Position numbers and translations under genes: made by a program | The notes under the pieces: model-generated | The model's database searches: none | Told to the model about the DNA's origin: nothing | What the model saw: only the letters and a program-made list of their open reading frames with translations | Shown: piece by piece, positions 29,527-39,724 of the stretch | Position numbering within the stretch: the first letter of the stretch is position 1 | How the letters are laid out: each line of letters starts with the position of its first letter | Assembly (NCBI GenBank): GCA_036787895.1 | Contig: DAIQOK010000008.1 | Span: 1,679 to 65,678 of the forward strand | Reading direction: 5' to 3' | Source: Bacteroidota bacterium | GTDB taxonomy: Bacteria; Bacteroidota; Bacteroidia; UBA7662 | Length of the DNA: 64,000 nucleotides

Positions 29527-30264
29527 ATGGCAGAAATCGTGAAACCCTATCCAACACAGGAAGGGAGTAAAAAACAGCAGGTCGCTACCATGTTCAACAA
29601 TATTTCGGCACGTTACGATTTGTTGAACCGTGTTTTGTCGATGGGTATTGATATTATCTGGCGAAAAAAGGCGATTAAGCTACTTCGGGCAGATCAACCT
29701 AAACATATACTCGACTTGGCAACAGGCACTGCCGATTTCGCTATTGAAGCGCTGAGTTTGAACCCAGAAAAGGTAACTGGCGTAGATATTTCGTCGGGAA
29801 TGCTGGAAATGGGCCGCATAAAATTGAAAAACAAAGGCCTCGATAAAAAAATTGAATTGGTGCAGGGAGATTCTGAACGTTTGCCTTTTTCAGACAATAC
29901 CTTCGATGCAGCTACTGTCGCCTTCGGCGTGCGGAATTTCGAAAATCTCGACAAAGGACTGTCAGATATTTTACGTGTTTTACGCCCGGGTGCTAAGTTG
30001 GTAGTACTCGAATTCAGTCGGCCAGCATATTTTCCGGTGAAACAATGCTACAACTTCTATTTCCGTTTTATACTGCCGGTGGTAGGGCGTTTGGTGTCGA
30101 AAGATCAGACGGCCTATACCTATCTTCCGGAATCGGTGCAGGCATTTCCGGAAGGGCAGGCCTTTTTGCAGCATATGCAAGCGGCCGGATTTGAAAAATT
30201 AAAGGAGAAACGCTTAACTTTCGGGATATGCTCAATTTATGTAGGCGAAAAAAGTCGGGATTAG
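29527..30264 (+). CDS. ubiE: Demethylmenaquinone / ubiquinone methyltransferase
   Basis: YDLLNRVLSMGIDIIWRKK and SAM-binding LDLATGTADF motifs. Confidence 0.85.
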   Translation: MAEIVKPYPTQEGSKKQQVATMFNNISARYDLLNRVLSMGIDIIWRKKAIKLLRADQPKHILDLATGTADFAIEALSLNPEKVTGVDISSGMLEMGRIKLKNKGLDKKIELVQGDSERLPFSDNTFDAATVAFGVRNFENLDKGLSDILRVLRPGAKLVVLEFSRPAYFPVKQCYNFYFRFILPVVGRLVSKDQTAYTYLPESVQAFPEGQAFLQHMQAAGFEKLKEKRLTFGICSIYVGEKSRD

Positions 30265-30929
30265 TACTGTTGTTGGGATTACTGGCTGCATCACCAGTAT
30301 TGGGGCAACGCAATAACCCTTATTACGACGATAAAACCATTCACTTTGGCTTTTTGGTCGGCTATAACTCCAGCACTTTTCACTTGCAGCCTAATGCGGC
30401 TCGTTATGTACTGAATGATACCATGACCTATATGGCGCCGAGTTGGGGGCCTGGCTTTCAACTTGGAATCATTTCTGATTTGAGACTGGCCGAACATGCT
30501 ACCCTGCGTTTTACGCCAACATTGATGTTCTCGCAACGCAATATTCAATATAGCTTTGTTAATCCGCTAAACGATATTCGACGCAGCCTGCAAATTGCCA
30601 ATGTTGATTTGCCGCTCTTACTGAAGTTTCGTAGCGACCGTATCGACAATTTCCGCATGTACACCATTGGTGGCTTTAAGTATTCTATCGATATGGCCTC
30701 CCAGGAAAAGGTAGTTGAAGATGTAGAAAGAGTCAAAATCATCCGTACCGACATTGCCTATGAAATAGGCTTCGGCTTCGATTTTTATCTGCCCTATTTC
30801 AAATTTTCTCCGGAAATTAAATTCGCTCAGGGTTTGAGAAATGTACTGGTGCCGGAAACCCACGTATACAGTAATCCAATTGAAGGTTTGCGCGGCAGAA
30901 CCATCATGATTTCCTTAAATTTCGAATAA
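30228..30929 (+). CDS. PorT-family outer membrane beta-barrel protein (T9SS-associated), tentative
   Basis: Signal peptide, 233 aa, beta-barrel pattern. Lies immediately downstream of ubiE, which I recall as the conserved ubiE-porT arrangement in Porphyromonas and others. Confidence 0.5.
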   Translation: MLNLCRRKKSGLVLLLGLLAASPVLGQRNNPYYDDKTIHFGFLVGYNSSTFHLQPNAARYVLNDTMTYMAPSWGPGFQLGIISDLRLAEHATLRFTPTLMFSQRNIQYSFVNPLNDIRRSLQIANVDLPLLLKFRSDRIDNFRMYTIGGFKYSIDMASQEKVVEDVERVKIIRTDIAYEIGFGFDFYLPYFKFSPEIKFAQGLRNVLVPETHVYSNPIEGLRGRTIMISLNFE

Positions 30930-31678
30930 TGAATCGGATTGCCCTGATTACCGGCGCAACTGCTGGTATTGGTGAGGCGATGGCTGAAGCGTTGTCCGAG
31001 GCAGGTTGGTCGCTCATACTTACCGGCCGGCGCACAGAACGTTTGGAGTTGCTGGCTGCCCGCTTATCAGTCAGCGTTAAAACCCTGTCGTTCGACATCC
31101 GTGACCGGTCAGCAACCACCTTGGCGCTCGACACCCTCCCTGAAGCTTGGAAGAACATTGAGCTATTGGTCAATAATGCGGGACTTTCCCAAGGACTAGA
31201 CCCGGTACACCAGGGAAATCCGGAGGACTGGGATACCATGATTGATACCAATGTGAAAGGATTGCTCACAGTGAGCCGGATAGTCAGCCAATGGATGATC
31301 GACCGGCACATTCAGGGACAAATAATACACATAAGCTCAACCGCCGGGAAAGAAGTCTACCCCAACGGCAATGTGTATTGTGCAACCAAACATGCGGTTG
31401 AAGCCATTGCCAAAGGCATGCGCATGGAGTTAAACCCTTATGGTATACGGGTAGGCACCATTGCTCCGGGACTCACAGAAACAGAGTTTTCGGTAGTGCG
31501 TTTTAAGGGTGATACTGAAAAGGCAGCCAAGGTATATGCCGGCTTTGAACCCTTAAAGGCCACCGATATTGCCGAAGCATTGCTTTTTATGGTCAACAGG
31601 CCAACACATGTGAACATCGCTGATCTGGTGATTATGCCAACAGCTCAGGCCAGTAGCACCATTGTGCTTAAAAAGTAG
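30929..31678 (+). CDS. SDR family NAD(P)-dependent oxidoreductase
   Basis: TGATAGIGEA Rossmann motif and YCATKHAVEA (YxxxK) active site. Confidence 0.85.
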   Translation: MNRIALITGATAGIGEAMAEALSEAGWSLILTGRRTERLELLAARLSVSVKTLSFDIRDRSATTLALDTLPEAWKNIELLVNNAGLSQGLDPVHQGNPEDWDTMIDTNVKGLLTVSRIVSQWMIDRHIQGQIIHISSTAGKEVYPNGNVYCATKHAVEAIAKGMRMELNPYGIRVGTIAPGLTETEFSVVRFKGDTEKAAKVYAGFEPLKATDIAEALLFMVNRPTHVNIADLVIMPTAQASSTIVLKK

Positions 31679-31680
31679 CC

Positions 31681-32217
31681 TTAGAACTTATTCCGCCACA
31701 TTTGCGACGCCACAGGTTTAACTGTACGTACGTTGTATTTGGCGTTTTTCTTCGTATTGTATTTATTAATGATTTCGCCTTCTACCGAAAAATAGATGAG
31801 TTGGCCAATCGGCATACCTGCATATACGCGCACAGCTTGGGTACAAGAAATCTCCAGGGTCCAGGTATTGCAGAAGCCAACATCTCCTTTACCGGCAGTG
31901 GCGTGAATGTCGATACCTAGCCTGCCCACCGACGATTTACCTTCGAGAAAAGGGACATGATTATGAGTTTCGGTATATTCTTCGGTTACTCCCAGATAAA
32001 GTGTTCCGGGTTGAAGTACATAACCCTCAGCGGGAATGATGATTTCGTCGATGGGATTGTCGGCACGGGCATCGAGTATGAGATTGCGATAAACCGCTAA
32101 ATAACGTCCGAGATGCACGTCATACGAATTGGTTCCCAGGTTTTCGCGGCGGAACGGCTCAATAAGTATACTTCCTTTTTCGATTTCGTCGAGTATCCGT
32201 TGATCGGTTAATATCAT
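31681..32217 (-). CDS. dcd: dCTP deaminase
   Basis: MILTDQRILDEIEKGSILIEPF N-terminus and dUTPase-like fold motifs. Confidence 0.85.
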   Translation of the reverse strand: MILTDQRILDEIEKGSILIEPFRRENLGTNSYDVHLGRYLAVYRNLILDARADNPIDEIIIPAEGYVLQPGTLYLGVTEEYTETHNHVPFLEGKSSVGRLGIDIHATAGKGDVGFCNTWTLEISCTQAVRVYAGMPIGQLIYFSVEGEIINKYNTKKNAKYNVRTVKPVASQMWRNKF

Positions 32218-32378
32218 GGGGCTGAATGCTTTGGGCGACAAAAATAGAGAGCTCAGGGCAAGCTTGCTAATTTGTTGTACAAAAAGACGGCAAATGATGC
32301 ATATTTCAACGAAATAACTAATTTGTTAATCTTTTCAGACTATGCCCTGAAAGCTGTATAAATCACCAAATTCACGCC

Positions 32379-33674
32379 ATGTCCTCCAGTTTACAAGCTT
32401 TTTCAGAAAAACGAATTTTGATGTTGGGATGGGAATTTCCACCGGTACACAGTGGAGGTTTAGGAGTGGCTTGTTACGGCCTTGCGCGTGCATTGCGAGG
32501 ATTTATTGATCTGACATTTGTTGTGCCACGTACAACAGAAGCTTCGGTGCTCGAAGGGGTGACTTTGGTGGGCCTAAATCAGCTTGATGCCAAATATCAA
32601 ATCACCCGCCCGGAATTAAGCCGACTGGAAGGTGGATTGCCCGAATTGGAATTTTATCAGATCAGTGCTATGGCCGCCGATGCAATCCGCGCCGGTTATT
32701 TGTCGCAACCAGGTTTGGAACACATCGCTATTGCCGATTTGATGAATGATAAAGAAGTCTATGGCTCAAAACTCCTCCAGAAAGTTTCTGCCTATGCGGA
32801 GGCTGTGGCCGCTTTATATGGCGATCATTTTGACTTTGACTTGATTCATGCCCATGATTGGCTCACTTATCTGGCAGGTGTAAGGCTTAAGAAGAAAACC
32901 GGTAAACCTTTGGTAGTTCATGTACATGCCCTCGAAACCGACCGGGCCGGAAAGGATGCCCGAAACGTCATGTATTTTGTTGAACGACTGGGCTTACAAA
33001 TGGCAGATATGGTAATAGCCGTAAGTGAATATACCAAACAAACCATTCAGCAACATTATGGTATACATGAAGCAAAAATTGTAGCTATTCATAACGGAAT
33101 CGACCCGCAGCCTGTTTTTCGCTTTGAACATCATGTGCCTGAAAAAATTGTAGCCTTCATCGGCCGTTTAACCCACCAAAAGGGGCCATTTTACCTGCTC
33201 GAAACCGCCGAAAAGGTCATACGCCAATATCCTGATGTCCGCTTTGTTATTGCAGGTACCGGCGATAAAATGAAAGAAATGATAGACTGGACAGCCTACA
33301 AAGGACTAAGTCGGAATTTTTTATTCACAGGTTTTATCAATCGCCAAAAAGTGGAACAATTGCTGGCGGTGGCCGATGTATATTTTATGCCTTCTGTATC
33401 TGAACCTTTTGGATTAACCGCCCTGGAAGCTGCCCAGTTTGGTGTACCTTGTGTAATATCGAAACAATCGGGTGTGGCAGAAATATTACATCAAGCTATC
33501 AAAGCCGACTATTACGACACCGATACCTTCGCCCGTGAAATTGTTAGGTTGCTACAGGACGATGACTATCGAAAACAAGTAGCTGGGGAAATAGGGGAAC
33601 AATTGAATGAGATGAAATGGGACGACGCAGCACTTCGGGTGGTGCGGGTTTACAGAGACTTTTTAATACATTAG
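32379..33674 (+). CDS. GT4-family glycosyltransferase (glycogen/alpha-glucan synthase-like)
   Basis: GT-B fold with the EPFGLTALEAAQFGVP motif. Paired with the downstream GH57 gene. Confidence 0.75.
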   Translation: MSSSLQAFSEKRILMLGWEFPPVHSGGLGVACYGLARALRGFIDLTFVVPRTTEASVLEGVTLVGLNQLDAKYQITRPELSRLEGGLPELEFYQISAMAADAIRAGYLSQPGLEHIAIADLMNDKEVYGSKLLQKVSAYAEAVAALYGDHFDFDLIHAHDWLTYLAGVRLKKKTGKPLVVHVHALETDRAGKDARNVMYFVERLGLQMADMVIAVSEYTKQTIQQHYGIHEAKIVAIHNGIDPQPVFRFEHHVPEKIVAFIGRLTHQKGPFYLLETAEKVIRQYPDVRFVIAGTGDKMKEMIDWTAYKGLSRNFLFTGFINRQKVEQLLAVADVYFMPSVSEPFGLTALEAAQFGVPCVISKQSGVAEILHQAIKADYYDTDTFAREIVRLLQDDDYRKQVAGEIGEQLNEMKWDDAALRVVRVYRDFLIH

Positions 33675-33677
33675 CTC

Positions 33678-34853
33678 ATGCCGAGTATTTGCCTTTATTT
33701 TCAATTACATCAACCTTTTCGGACCCGTCAGTACGATTTTATCCAAATTGGCAACGATCACCATTATTTTGATGATGTCGCCAATGAAAAGTACATCAAT
33801 CAGGTGGCTGATAACTGTTATATACCTGCGAATAGGTTGATGCTCGAATTGATACAAACCTATGGCAAACAGTTTTCTATCGCCTTTTCTGTCACAGGAA
33901 CAACGCTGGATCAGCTCGAAGCCCACCGGCCGGATGTGATTAGAAGTTTCAAGGCATTAACCAAAACCGGACAGGTGGAATGGATAGCCGAAACCTGCTG
34001 TCACAGTCTTGCTGCCATATATAACCGCCAGGAGTTTGGTAAACAGGTAAAAATCCAGGAAGCACAACTAAAACGCTTATTCGGACAAAAACCTAAAACT
34101 TTTCGCAATACCGAGCTGCTGTTCAGCAATGATATAGTAAACGAATTGGTGAATTTAGGCTATACCCAATTGCTGGTGCCTTCAACCGAACGTTTGTTGG
34201 GTGTTAAAAGCCCCAATCATGTGTATAAAAGTCCGCTTCACAATAAAACGCTTTGTCTTCCTAAAAACTCAAGTTTAACAGCAGAAATTACGCGTTGGTT
34301 CGCGGAACCCGGTCGCCCAGGTCAACCATTGACACCGGAAAAGTTTGTGCAAAAGTTGCTTGAACTGCAGGAAGTGCCCGATACCATCAATCTGTTCATG
34401 GATTATGAAACCATAGGTGAACATAAAAAAGCAGCCACCGGCATTTTCGACTTTTTCAAAGCATTACCGCAAGCTGTCTTGTCGGTACCCGGTTTTGATT
34501 TTGCCACGCCCAGCGCCGTTTTTCTGAAGTATAGTCCGGTCGGGAAGTATGATGTACCATACCCGGTTACCTGGTCCTATCCGAGCTATGATTTAGGTTA
34601 TTTTACCGGAAGCGACATTCAGCAGGAAGCCATCAACCGGCTTTACGATTTGGCAAGTCGCATCTACGCCAAAAAAGATGAAGCATTACTCCGTGATTGG
34701 CGGCGTTTACAATCCACCGATCATTTTTTTTATATGACGCCACGTTTCGAAGAAAGGGGAGAACGCCATCATTTCAGCCCTTTCCCTTCGGCCTATGATG
34801 CCTATAATAATTATTTGAATATTTTGGTCGACCTGGAATTACGGGCAAAATAA
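33678..34853 (+). CDS. Glycoside hydrolase family 57 protein (amylopullulanase/branching-enzyme-like)
   Basis: N-terminal YFQLHQPFR GH57-like motif. 391 aa. Confidence 0.7.
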   Translation: MPSICLYFQLHQPFRTRQYDFIQIGNDHHYFDDVANEKYINQVADNCYIPANRLMLELIQTYGKQFSIAFSVTGTTLDQLEAHRPDVIRSFKALTKTGQVEWIAETCCHSLAAIYNRQEFGKQVKIQEAQLKRLFGQKPKTFRNTELLFSNDIVNELVNLGYTQLLVPSTERLLGVKSPNHVYKSPLHNKTLCLPKNSSLTAEITRWFAEPGRPGQPLTPEKFVQKLLELQEVPDTINLFMDYETIGEHKKAATGIFDFFKALPQAVLSVPGFDFATPSAVFLKYSPVGKYDVPYPVTWSYPSYDLGYFTGSDIQQEAINRLYDLASRIYAKKDEALLRDWRRLQSTDHFFYMTPRFEERGERHHFSPFPSAYDAYNNYLNILVDLELRAK

Positions 34854-34855
34854 GC

Positions 34856-35209
34856 CTACTCATCGCCAATTGAATTCCAACCGGTCTTGCGTCGGGCAAG
34901 ACTAAGTGCCAGTTCCGCCAATTCAGACTGCTCTTCGAGGCTAAACCAGGCATAAGCCGGTCCTTTGCATTTGGTGCAAGAACCGTCAAGGTGGATATCG
35001 CCTTTTTGGTCAATAAACAATTGATGTATCGGGATTAAAGCTGTATGACGGCTTTTGCATTGGGCACAATAGCCTTCTTTCTGCTGTGTAAACTCAAAGC
35101 TGTACAGTGTTTCTTCCGGAAGAATTTCCTCTAATTCCGACAAAGTAATTTCGACCAGCGGGTCGAAACGACTGAAGTAGTTTTCGTGGAGTATGTCCTG
35201 CGGCTTCAT
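34856..35209 (-). CDS. Hypothetical zinc-ribbon protein
   Basis: CAQCKS ... CTKCKG double CxxC pair. No recognisable family. Confidence 0.45.
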   Translation of the reverse strand: MKPQDILHENYFSRFDPLVEITLSELEEILPEETLYSFEFTQQKEGYCAQCKSRHTALIPIHQLFIDQKGDIHLDGSCTKCKGPAYAWFSLEEQSELAELALSLARRKTGWNSIGDE

Positions 35210-35339
35210 GGTGGTGGAAAGCTAACGGACTTTTTTGAATTGGAGTTTAATTTCAGTACCTTATTTTTTTATCAACCCCTCTTCAGTCTAACTAAAGTAA
35301 GCGTAGTTTATCTGTTCAATGAAATTGGCTTGATCAAAA

Positions 35340-35675
35340 TCATAATTGGTTGTCACCTTTTATGAGTATTCCAGCTAAATCATTGACTATTACTGTATAA
35401 GTTCCAGCAGGAATTGGATTAATTCCACCTACATTGCCTGTAGCACCAGTTCCACCCTTACTTACAACTTCATAAACCAATTCACGCTTGTAATTAAAAA
35501 TTTGCACTAACTGACCAGCGTCAATTCCTTCAACCCAAAATTCGTCAACAACTGGGTTTGGTGAAATTTTTAAGCTGTTCAATGAAATTGAAACTACTAC
35601 AGGTACTAATTTGTGCATTGAACTCGAACTGCAACATACAAAGGTTAGCAGAATTGAAATGAGTATATTCTTCAT
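35340..35675 (-). CDS. Mini-ORF consisting only of signal peptide plus T9SS C-terminal sorting domain (no cargo domain)
   Basis: 111 aa. N-terminal hydrophobic leader. The rest aligns to the CTD consensus (SPNPVVDEFWVEG ... VQIFNYKRELVYEVV ... GTYTVIV). AT-rich. Confidence 0.5.
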   Translation of the reverse strand: MKNILISILLTFVCCSSSSMHKLVPVVVSISLNSLKISPNPVVDEFWVEGIDAGQLVQIFNYKRELVYEVVSKGGTGATGNVGGINPIPAGTYTVIVNDLAGILIKGDNQL

Positions 35676-35769
35676 CGTAAGTGACTTTAGTTGTAATTTA
35701 AGATGAATAATAATATTAGGATATACAAAATATTATATCGAATTCCCTTGATCTTACTGATTAGATAAT

Positions 35770-38076
35770 TTAGTTCTTGCTGAAATAGCTTACAGCATTG
35801 GCTTTGTGCACTATTTCATGAATAATCTTGTCGAGTTCCAGACAGGATAAATTTAGTTTTTCTCGCAACTCGAGCTCTACATCACCCGGAGGCTGCATAT
35901 TCAGCAGTTCTATCAGGCCTAACATATTGGCTAAAGGGGCGCGTAGTCTGTGCGATTCGATCCAGGCAATTTCGAGCAGTTGCTCGTTCTGTTCCTTGAT
36001 TTTCATCTCCTTCTCGGTTCTGTCGGTGATGTCCTTTCCAAAACAGCCTATACTGCCAATGGCTCCGTGGCTATCCTTAATCGGATAAAAGCTTATTTCG
36101 CTATAATAGGTTTTACCATCAATTTCACTGCTTTGAATGGTGACAAAAGCTTCACCCGACAGCGCCCTTTCATATAGTTTTTTCCAACTGTTAAAATAAA
36201 TTTGAGGTTGATTTTCATACAATACCAATTCTCCTGCTTTGGCCTCAATGCCAAAAATGGATTTGAATCTCTCTTTAAATGCATTGTTAAATGTAATCAA
36301 CCGCAATTCACGATCAACCGACCAAATGTGGTCATTGGTATTGTTGATTAAACCTTCCAGGTTACGTTGTTCCCGAATCAGCGCCTCCTGTAATTGGTGG
36401 TTGTCGGTTTGGTCGTTGATAAAAACCGCTACACCTTTCGAAAGTGGGTAAACCGCTAAGGCTAACCATTTATTCAAATGCTGATCGTATAATTCCTTTT
36501 TTACTCCTTCTTTTGAAGTAAAGGTTTGTTCAAAGACAGGTCCATAAATTAGGCTGCCTGTTTCACCGAAAAATTGACCAAATGACTGCCCGATGAGTTC
36601 CTGACGATTTCTACCCAGAAGTTTTTCCATGGATTTATTCACTGCCTGGAAATATTGATTTTCATCGAGGGTGAAAAATGCATCTGTCATCGTTTCAAGT
36701 ATGGTTTGAATCTGGTTGTTCATTCTATGCACATCCCGCTGACTGGATACAAGTTCTGTGATATCCGTGGCAATCCCATTGATGGTCCGAGGTTTACCTT
36801 TTTCATCTTTGACCAAAACTGAGCGGTCGCGTAAATACCTGATGCTGCCGTCTGTTCTTCGAATACGGTATTCTATCTCACCTGAACCTGTCCTTTTCAC
36901 TTTTTCGGTATGCTGCATGACTTTCTCTCGGTCCTCTGCAACTATAGCTTGCATCCACAGATTGGAGTTCGCGTAAAATTCCTCCGGTGAGCGACCGTAA
37001 AAAGCTTTAGCAGCAGGATTGAGGTAGCGAATTTCAAATGTTACAGCGTCAACCGACCAAACTACATCTTTGAGGGTACGTAAGATGCCTTCAAGTTGCT
37101 CTTTATAGGCCGACAACTGCTCGAGATACTGCAGCTTGTCGGTAACATCTTTGCCTACCCCTTGAAATTCTGTTACTCGTCCATTTTCATCGGTGATAGC
37201 TACAAATTCCCAGTCGCTGACACGATTCAGCGTTTCTACCAGACTCAACTGAAGCAATATGGCGAAATTTTTTCCGGGCGACTCGGAACACTTTGCGAGT
37301 AGGGCATTCAATTTTTTGTGCTCGGTTTTAAGTAATAATTCCGGCAAGTATTGGGGTTGTTGTAATCCAGCCGAATGACCAAATAGCTGCAGAAAAGCTT
37401 TATTTCGAAATAAAAACTTGCCATGGAGGTCAATTCGGATGAGGTAGGTCGACTGTGCTTCAACCAGTGAGAATAAATAACTTTCCTTGAGTTTTACCTC
37501 TTTGTGGAGACTTTCATTTTGAGAGCGTATGCGTTGTTCTTCGGCTATATCGTTGAGGATGATTAAATAGCTGGCATGACCGTAAAAGCGAGTTCGTTTA
37601 AAGTGAACCCGAACAGCAACCCGATTACCTGAAGCATGAAGATGTTCCTGTATTTGACCATTGGCACTTTCATTGAAAGTTGAACCAAGACTAAGTTTCT
37701 CATAATCCTGAAGTAAAAGCTGGTATTCTGACATGCCGTATAAATTGACGGCAGCCGGGTTCACAGCTTCTAATTGGCCATTTTCATCGCAAACCAACAT
37801 TGGATTAGGGTGGTCTTGGAAGAGATGTAAGAATTGGGATTCTTTTTCGGCTCGAATTCTGAATTGTACCCTTAAATACCAATAAAGTAAAGCGGCTGTT
37901 ACGGTAACGTAGAGTATGCCCTTGCTGATATTGGTGATTATCTCCGCTTGCGATTCGGCATCTGCTGTCGCCCAATCACCCAAAAGCAAATCGCTGACAA
38001 CTATCCAAAGTATGCCAATGAAAAGGTAAGTAAAGCTGATTTTCTTGGCCATAAAATTTAAGTAATGCTCAGCCAA
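35770..38076 (-). CDS. Multi-PAS sensor protein with C-terminal HisKA-like phosphoacceptor domain but no HATPase_c domain
   Basis: Two N-terminal TM helices and at least four PAS/PAC modules. H-box ESHRLRAPLANMLG. The protein ends about 45 aa after the H-box. Confidence 0.75.
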   Translation of the reverse strand: MAEHYLNFMAKKISFTYLFIGILWIVVSDLLLGDWATADAESQAEIITNISKGILYVTVTAALLYWYLRVQFRIRAEKESQFLHLFQDHPNPMLVCDENGQLEAVNPAAVNLYGMSEYQLLLQDYEKLSLGSTFNESANGQIQEHLHASGNRVAVRVHFKRTRFYGHASYLIILNDIAEEQRIRSQNESLHKEVKLKESYLFSLVEAQSTYLIRIDLHGKFLFRNKAFLQLFGHSAGLQQPQYLPELLLKTEHKKLNALLAKCSESPGKNFAILLQLSLVETLNRVSDWEFVAITDENGRVTEFQGVGKDVTDKLQYLEQLSAYKEQLEGILRTLKDVVWSVDAVTFEIRYLNPAAKAFYGRSPEEFYANSNLWMQAIVAEDREKVMQHTEKVKRTGSGEIEYRIRRTDGSIRYLRDRSVLVKDEKGKPRTINGIATDITELVSSQRDVHRMNNQIQTILETMTDAFFTLDENQYFQAVNKSMEKLLGRNRQELIGQSFGQFFGETGSLIYGPVFEQTFTSKEGVKKELYDQHLNKWLALAVYPLSKGVAVFINDQTDNHQLQEALIREQRNLEGLINNTNDHIWSVDRELRLITFNNAFKERFKSIFGIEAKAGELVLYENQPQIYFNSWKKLYERALSGEAFVTIQSSEIDGKTYYSEISFYPIKDSHGAIGSIGCFGKDITDRTEKEMKIKEQNEQLLEIAWIESHRLRAPLANMLGLIELLNMQPPGDVELELREKLNLSCLELDKIIHEIVHKANAVSYFSKN

Positions 38077-38138
38077 ACCAAGCTAAGCATTTCTCAGGTA
38101 TTATGGTGAATATTACCGAAAGAGAAATCAATAATTTT

Positions 38139-39044
38139 TTAGTAAAGCGAAATGTTATACTTGATTACCAATCTGTCGTCGCCTACTGACCACAATGCCT
38201 GATGTTTGTTACTCCAGAGGAGACGGTTGATAGAATGGCTATGGGCCAAACCCGGGAATTTGTTGTAATCGACTACTTTTTTCAATACCATATTTTGTGC
38301 ATCCCAAAGTTTGACGGTTTTGTCTCTGCCAGCAGATGCTATTAGTTTCAATCCTGGGATAGCAATCAGGTGATTGATGGTTGAAAGATGGGCAGGTATA
38401 CTTTCCATGAGTTTTCCTGAAGCTACTTCCCAAACGCGAAGGAGGGCATCCCGACCACCACTGAGCAAGTATTTGCCGTTGTTTAGGAAGAGGACGGTAA
38501 AAACTGAATTGGAATGACCTTCAAAGCGATTAATTTCTTCCAATTGGTGATTGAAAAGGCGGATTTGGTGATCGGAATAGGCAGCAGCAATACAATCGTC
38601 CTGGATTGCTAAAGCCCGCAAAGGGGCATTTGGCTGCAAATGCCTGCCCACAATCCGGGCTTCGTTTTTTTCCATCACCCAATACAACAACCGACCATCA
38701 CCATGTGCTGATAACCAGCCATTTCCCCATTCATTTAAAGCAAAAACGGGCATATTATTCCATTGAAAACGTTTGATCTCTTTGTTTTCTGCCAAATCAA
38801 TCAAATGTAATCCTCCTTCTCGCGTGCCTGCTAGAAGCTGGTTTCCAAGTAGTAGCATGCTATAAACTGTTGCTGGAACCCGGGCCACCAGGGTAGCGTC
38901 CTGCTCTTTTAACATCGACCAGCGGGCAATCAGACCATCACCACCTGCCGATAAAATATGATCCTCTTCCCGGTCGGTGGAGAGACTGTAAAGGCTATCG
39001 CGATGACCTTTTAAACGAAAAAGTGGGCGGAATTCCAAAGGCAT
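38139..39044 (-). CDS. WD40-repeat beta-propeller protein
   Basis: Repeated GH...WD/WS-like blades (LLRVWEV, VKLWDA). Confidence 0.7.
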   Translation of the reverse strand: MPLEFRPLFRLKGHRDSLYSLSTDREEDHILSAGGDGLIARWSMLKEQDATLVARVPATVYSMLLLGNQLLAGTREGGLHLIDLAENKEIKRFQWNNMPVFALNEWGNGWLSAHGDGRLLYWVMEKNEARIVGRHLQPNAPLRALAIQDDCIAAAYSDHQIRLFNHQLEEINRFEGHSNSVFTVLFLNNGKYLLSGGRDALLRVWEVASGKLMESIPAHLSTINHLIAIPGLKLIASAGRDKTVKLWDAQNMVLKKVVDYNKFPGLAHSHSINRLLWSNKHQALWSVGDDRLVIKYNISLY

Positions 39045-39088
39045 GTTTATGTTTGTAAAGCTACTTACATTTCCCGAAACACAACTTT

Positions 39089-39724
39089 ATGCCCTTTAAA
39101 TACACTTCAAGCTTTGAGCACGGTGGGGAGCTCATTTTATGGGAGCTCAAAGAACATGTAAAGTGGTTTTATGATCGAATGACACTTTCTAAAGCACTGG
39201 AAAAAGAATTCAGGTCGATTCGGGCAGATGGGGTACGATTACAATGGGTAGCCAGTCGCTTTGTTTTGCAACAACTGGCACGTACTGCTGTATTGGAATT
39301 GGAAAAAGATGAACACGGCAAACCCCATTTTGTGCATGATACCCGCTTTATTAGCCTAAGTCATTGTCAAGGTTTTGCTGCAGCTATATCGGCTGAGGTA
39401 GCGGTTGGGGTGGATGTAGAAGTCATATCGCCACGTGTTCAACGCGTCAAAAATCGTTTTTTAGCGGCGAATGAATTGGCAATGCTAGGTGAAACCGATG
39501 CCATGTTGATGTTGGCATGGAGTGCTAAAGAGGCGATTTACAAATTATACGGTCAAAAAGGTCTCATTTTTAAAACCGATATGTGTATTGAAGCTGTGAA
39601 CGAGTCTGAAAACCGGCTCCAGCTTCGTTTGCACAAAGTGGATAGCAAGCCATTGTTTCAGGTAAATTATTGCATTTTTGATGGGCTGGTGATGAGCTGG
39701 GTAGCCGACTCGGCTAGCGGGTAA
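39089..39724 (+). CDS. 4'-phosphopantetheinyl transferase (Sfp-type)
   Basis: GVDVE and WSAKEAIYK motifs. Confidence 0.75.
   Translation: MPFKYTSSFEHGGELILWELKEHVKWFYDRMTLSKALEKEFRSIRADGVRLQWVASRFVLQQLARTAVLELEKDEHGKPHFVHDTRFISLSHCQGFAAAISAEVAVGVDVEVISPRVQRVKNRFLAANELAMLGETDAMLMLAWSAKEAIYKLYGQKGLIFKTDMCIEAVNESENRLQLRLHKVDSKPLFQVNYCIFDGLVMSWVADSASG

Noticed and set aside
29509-29557. Long forms of engB (to 29557) and ubiE (from 29509) that overlap each other
   Set aside because: Both have conserved internal Met starts that remove the overlap and the non-conserved extensions. Short forms adopted.
32242-32378. 10-bp palindrome gcaagcttgc and an 8-bp inverted repeat upstream of the GT4 gene
   Set aside because: Short and isolated. 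Could be chance. No second half-site arrangement to suggest an operator.
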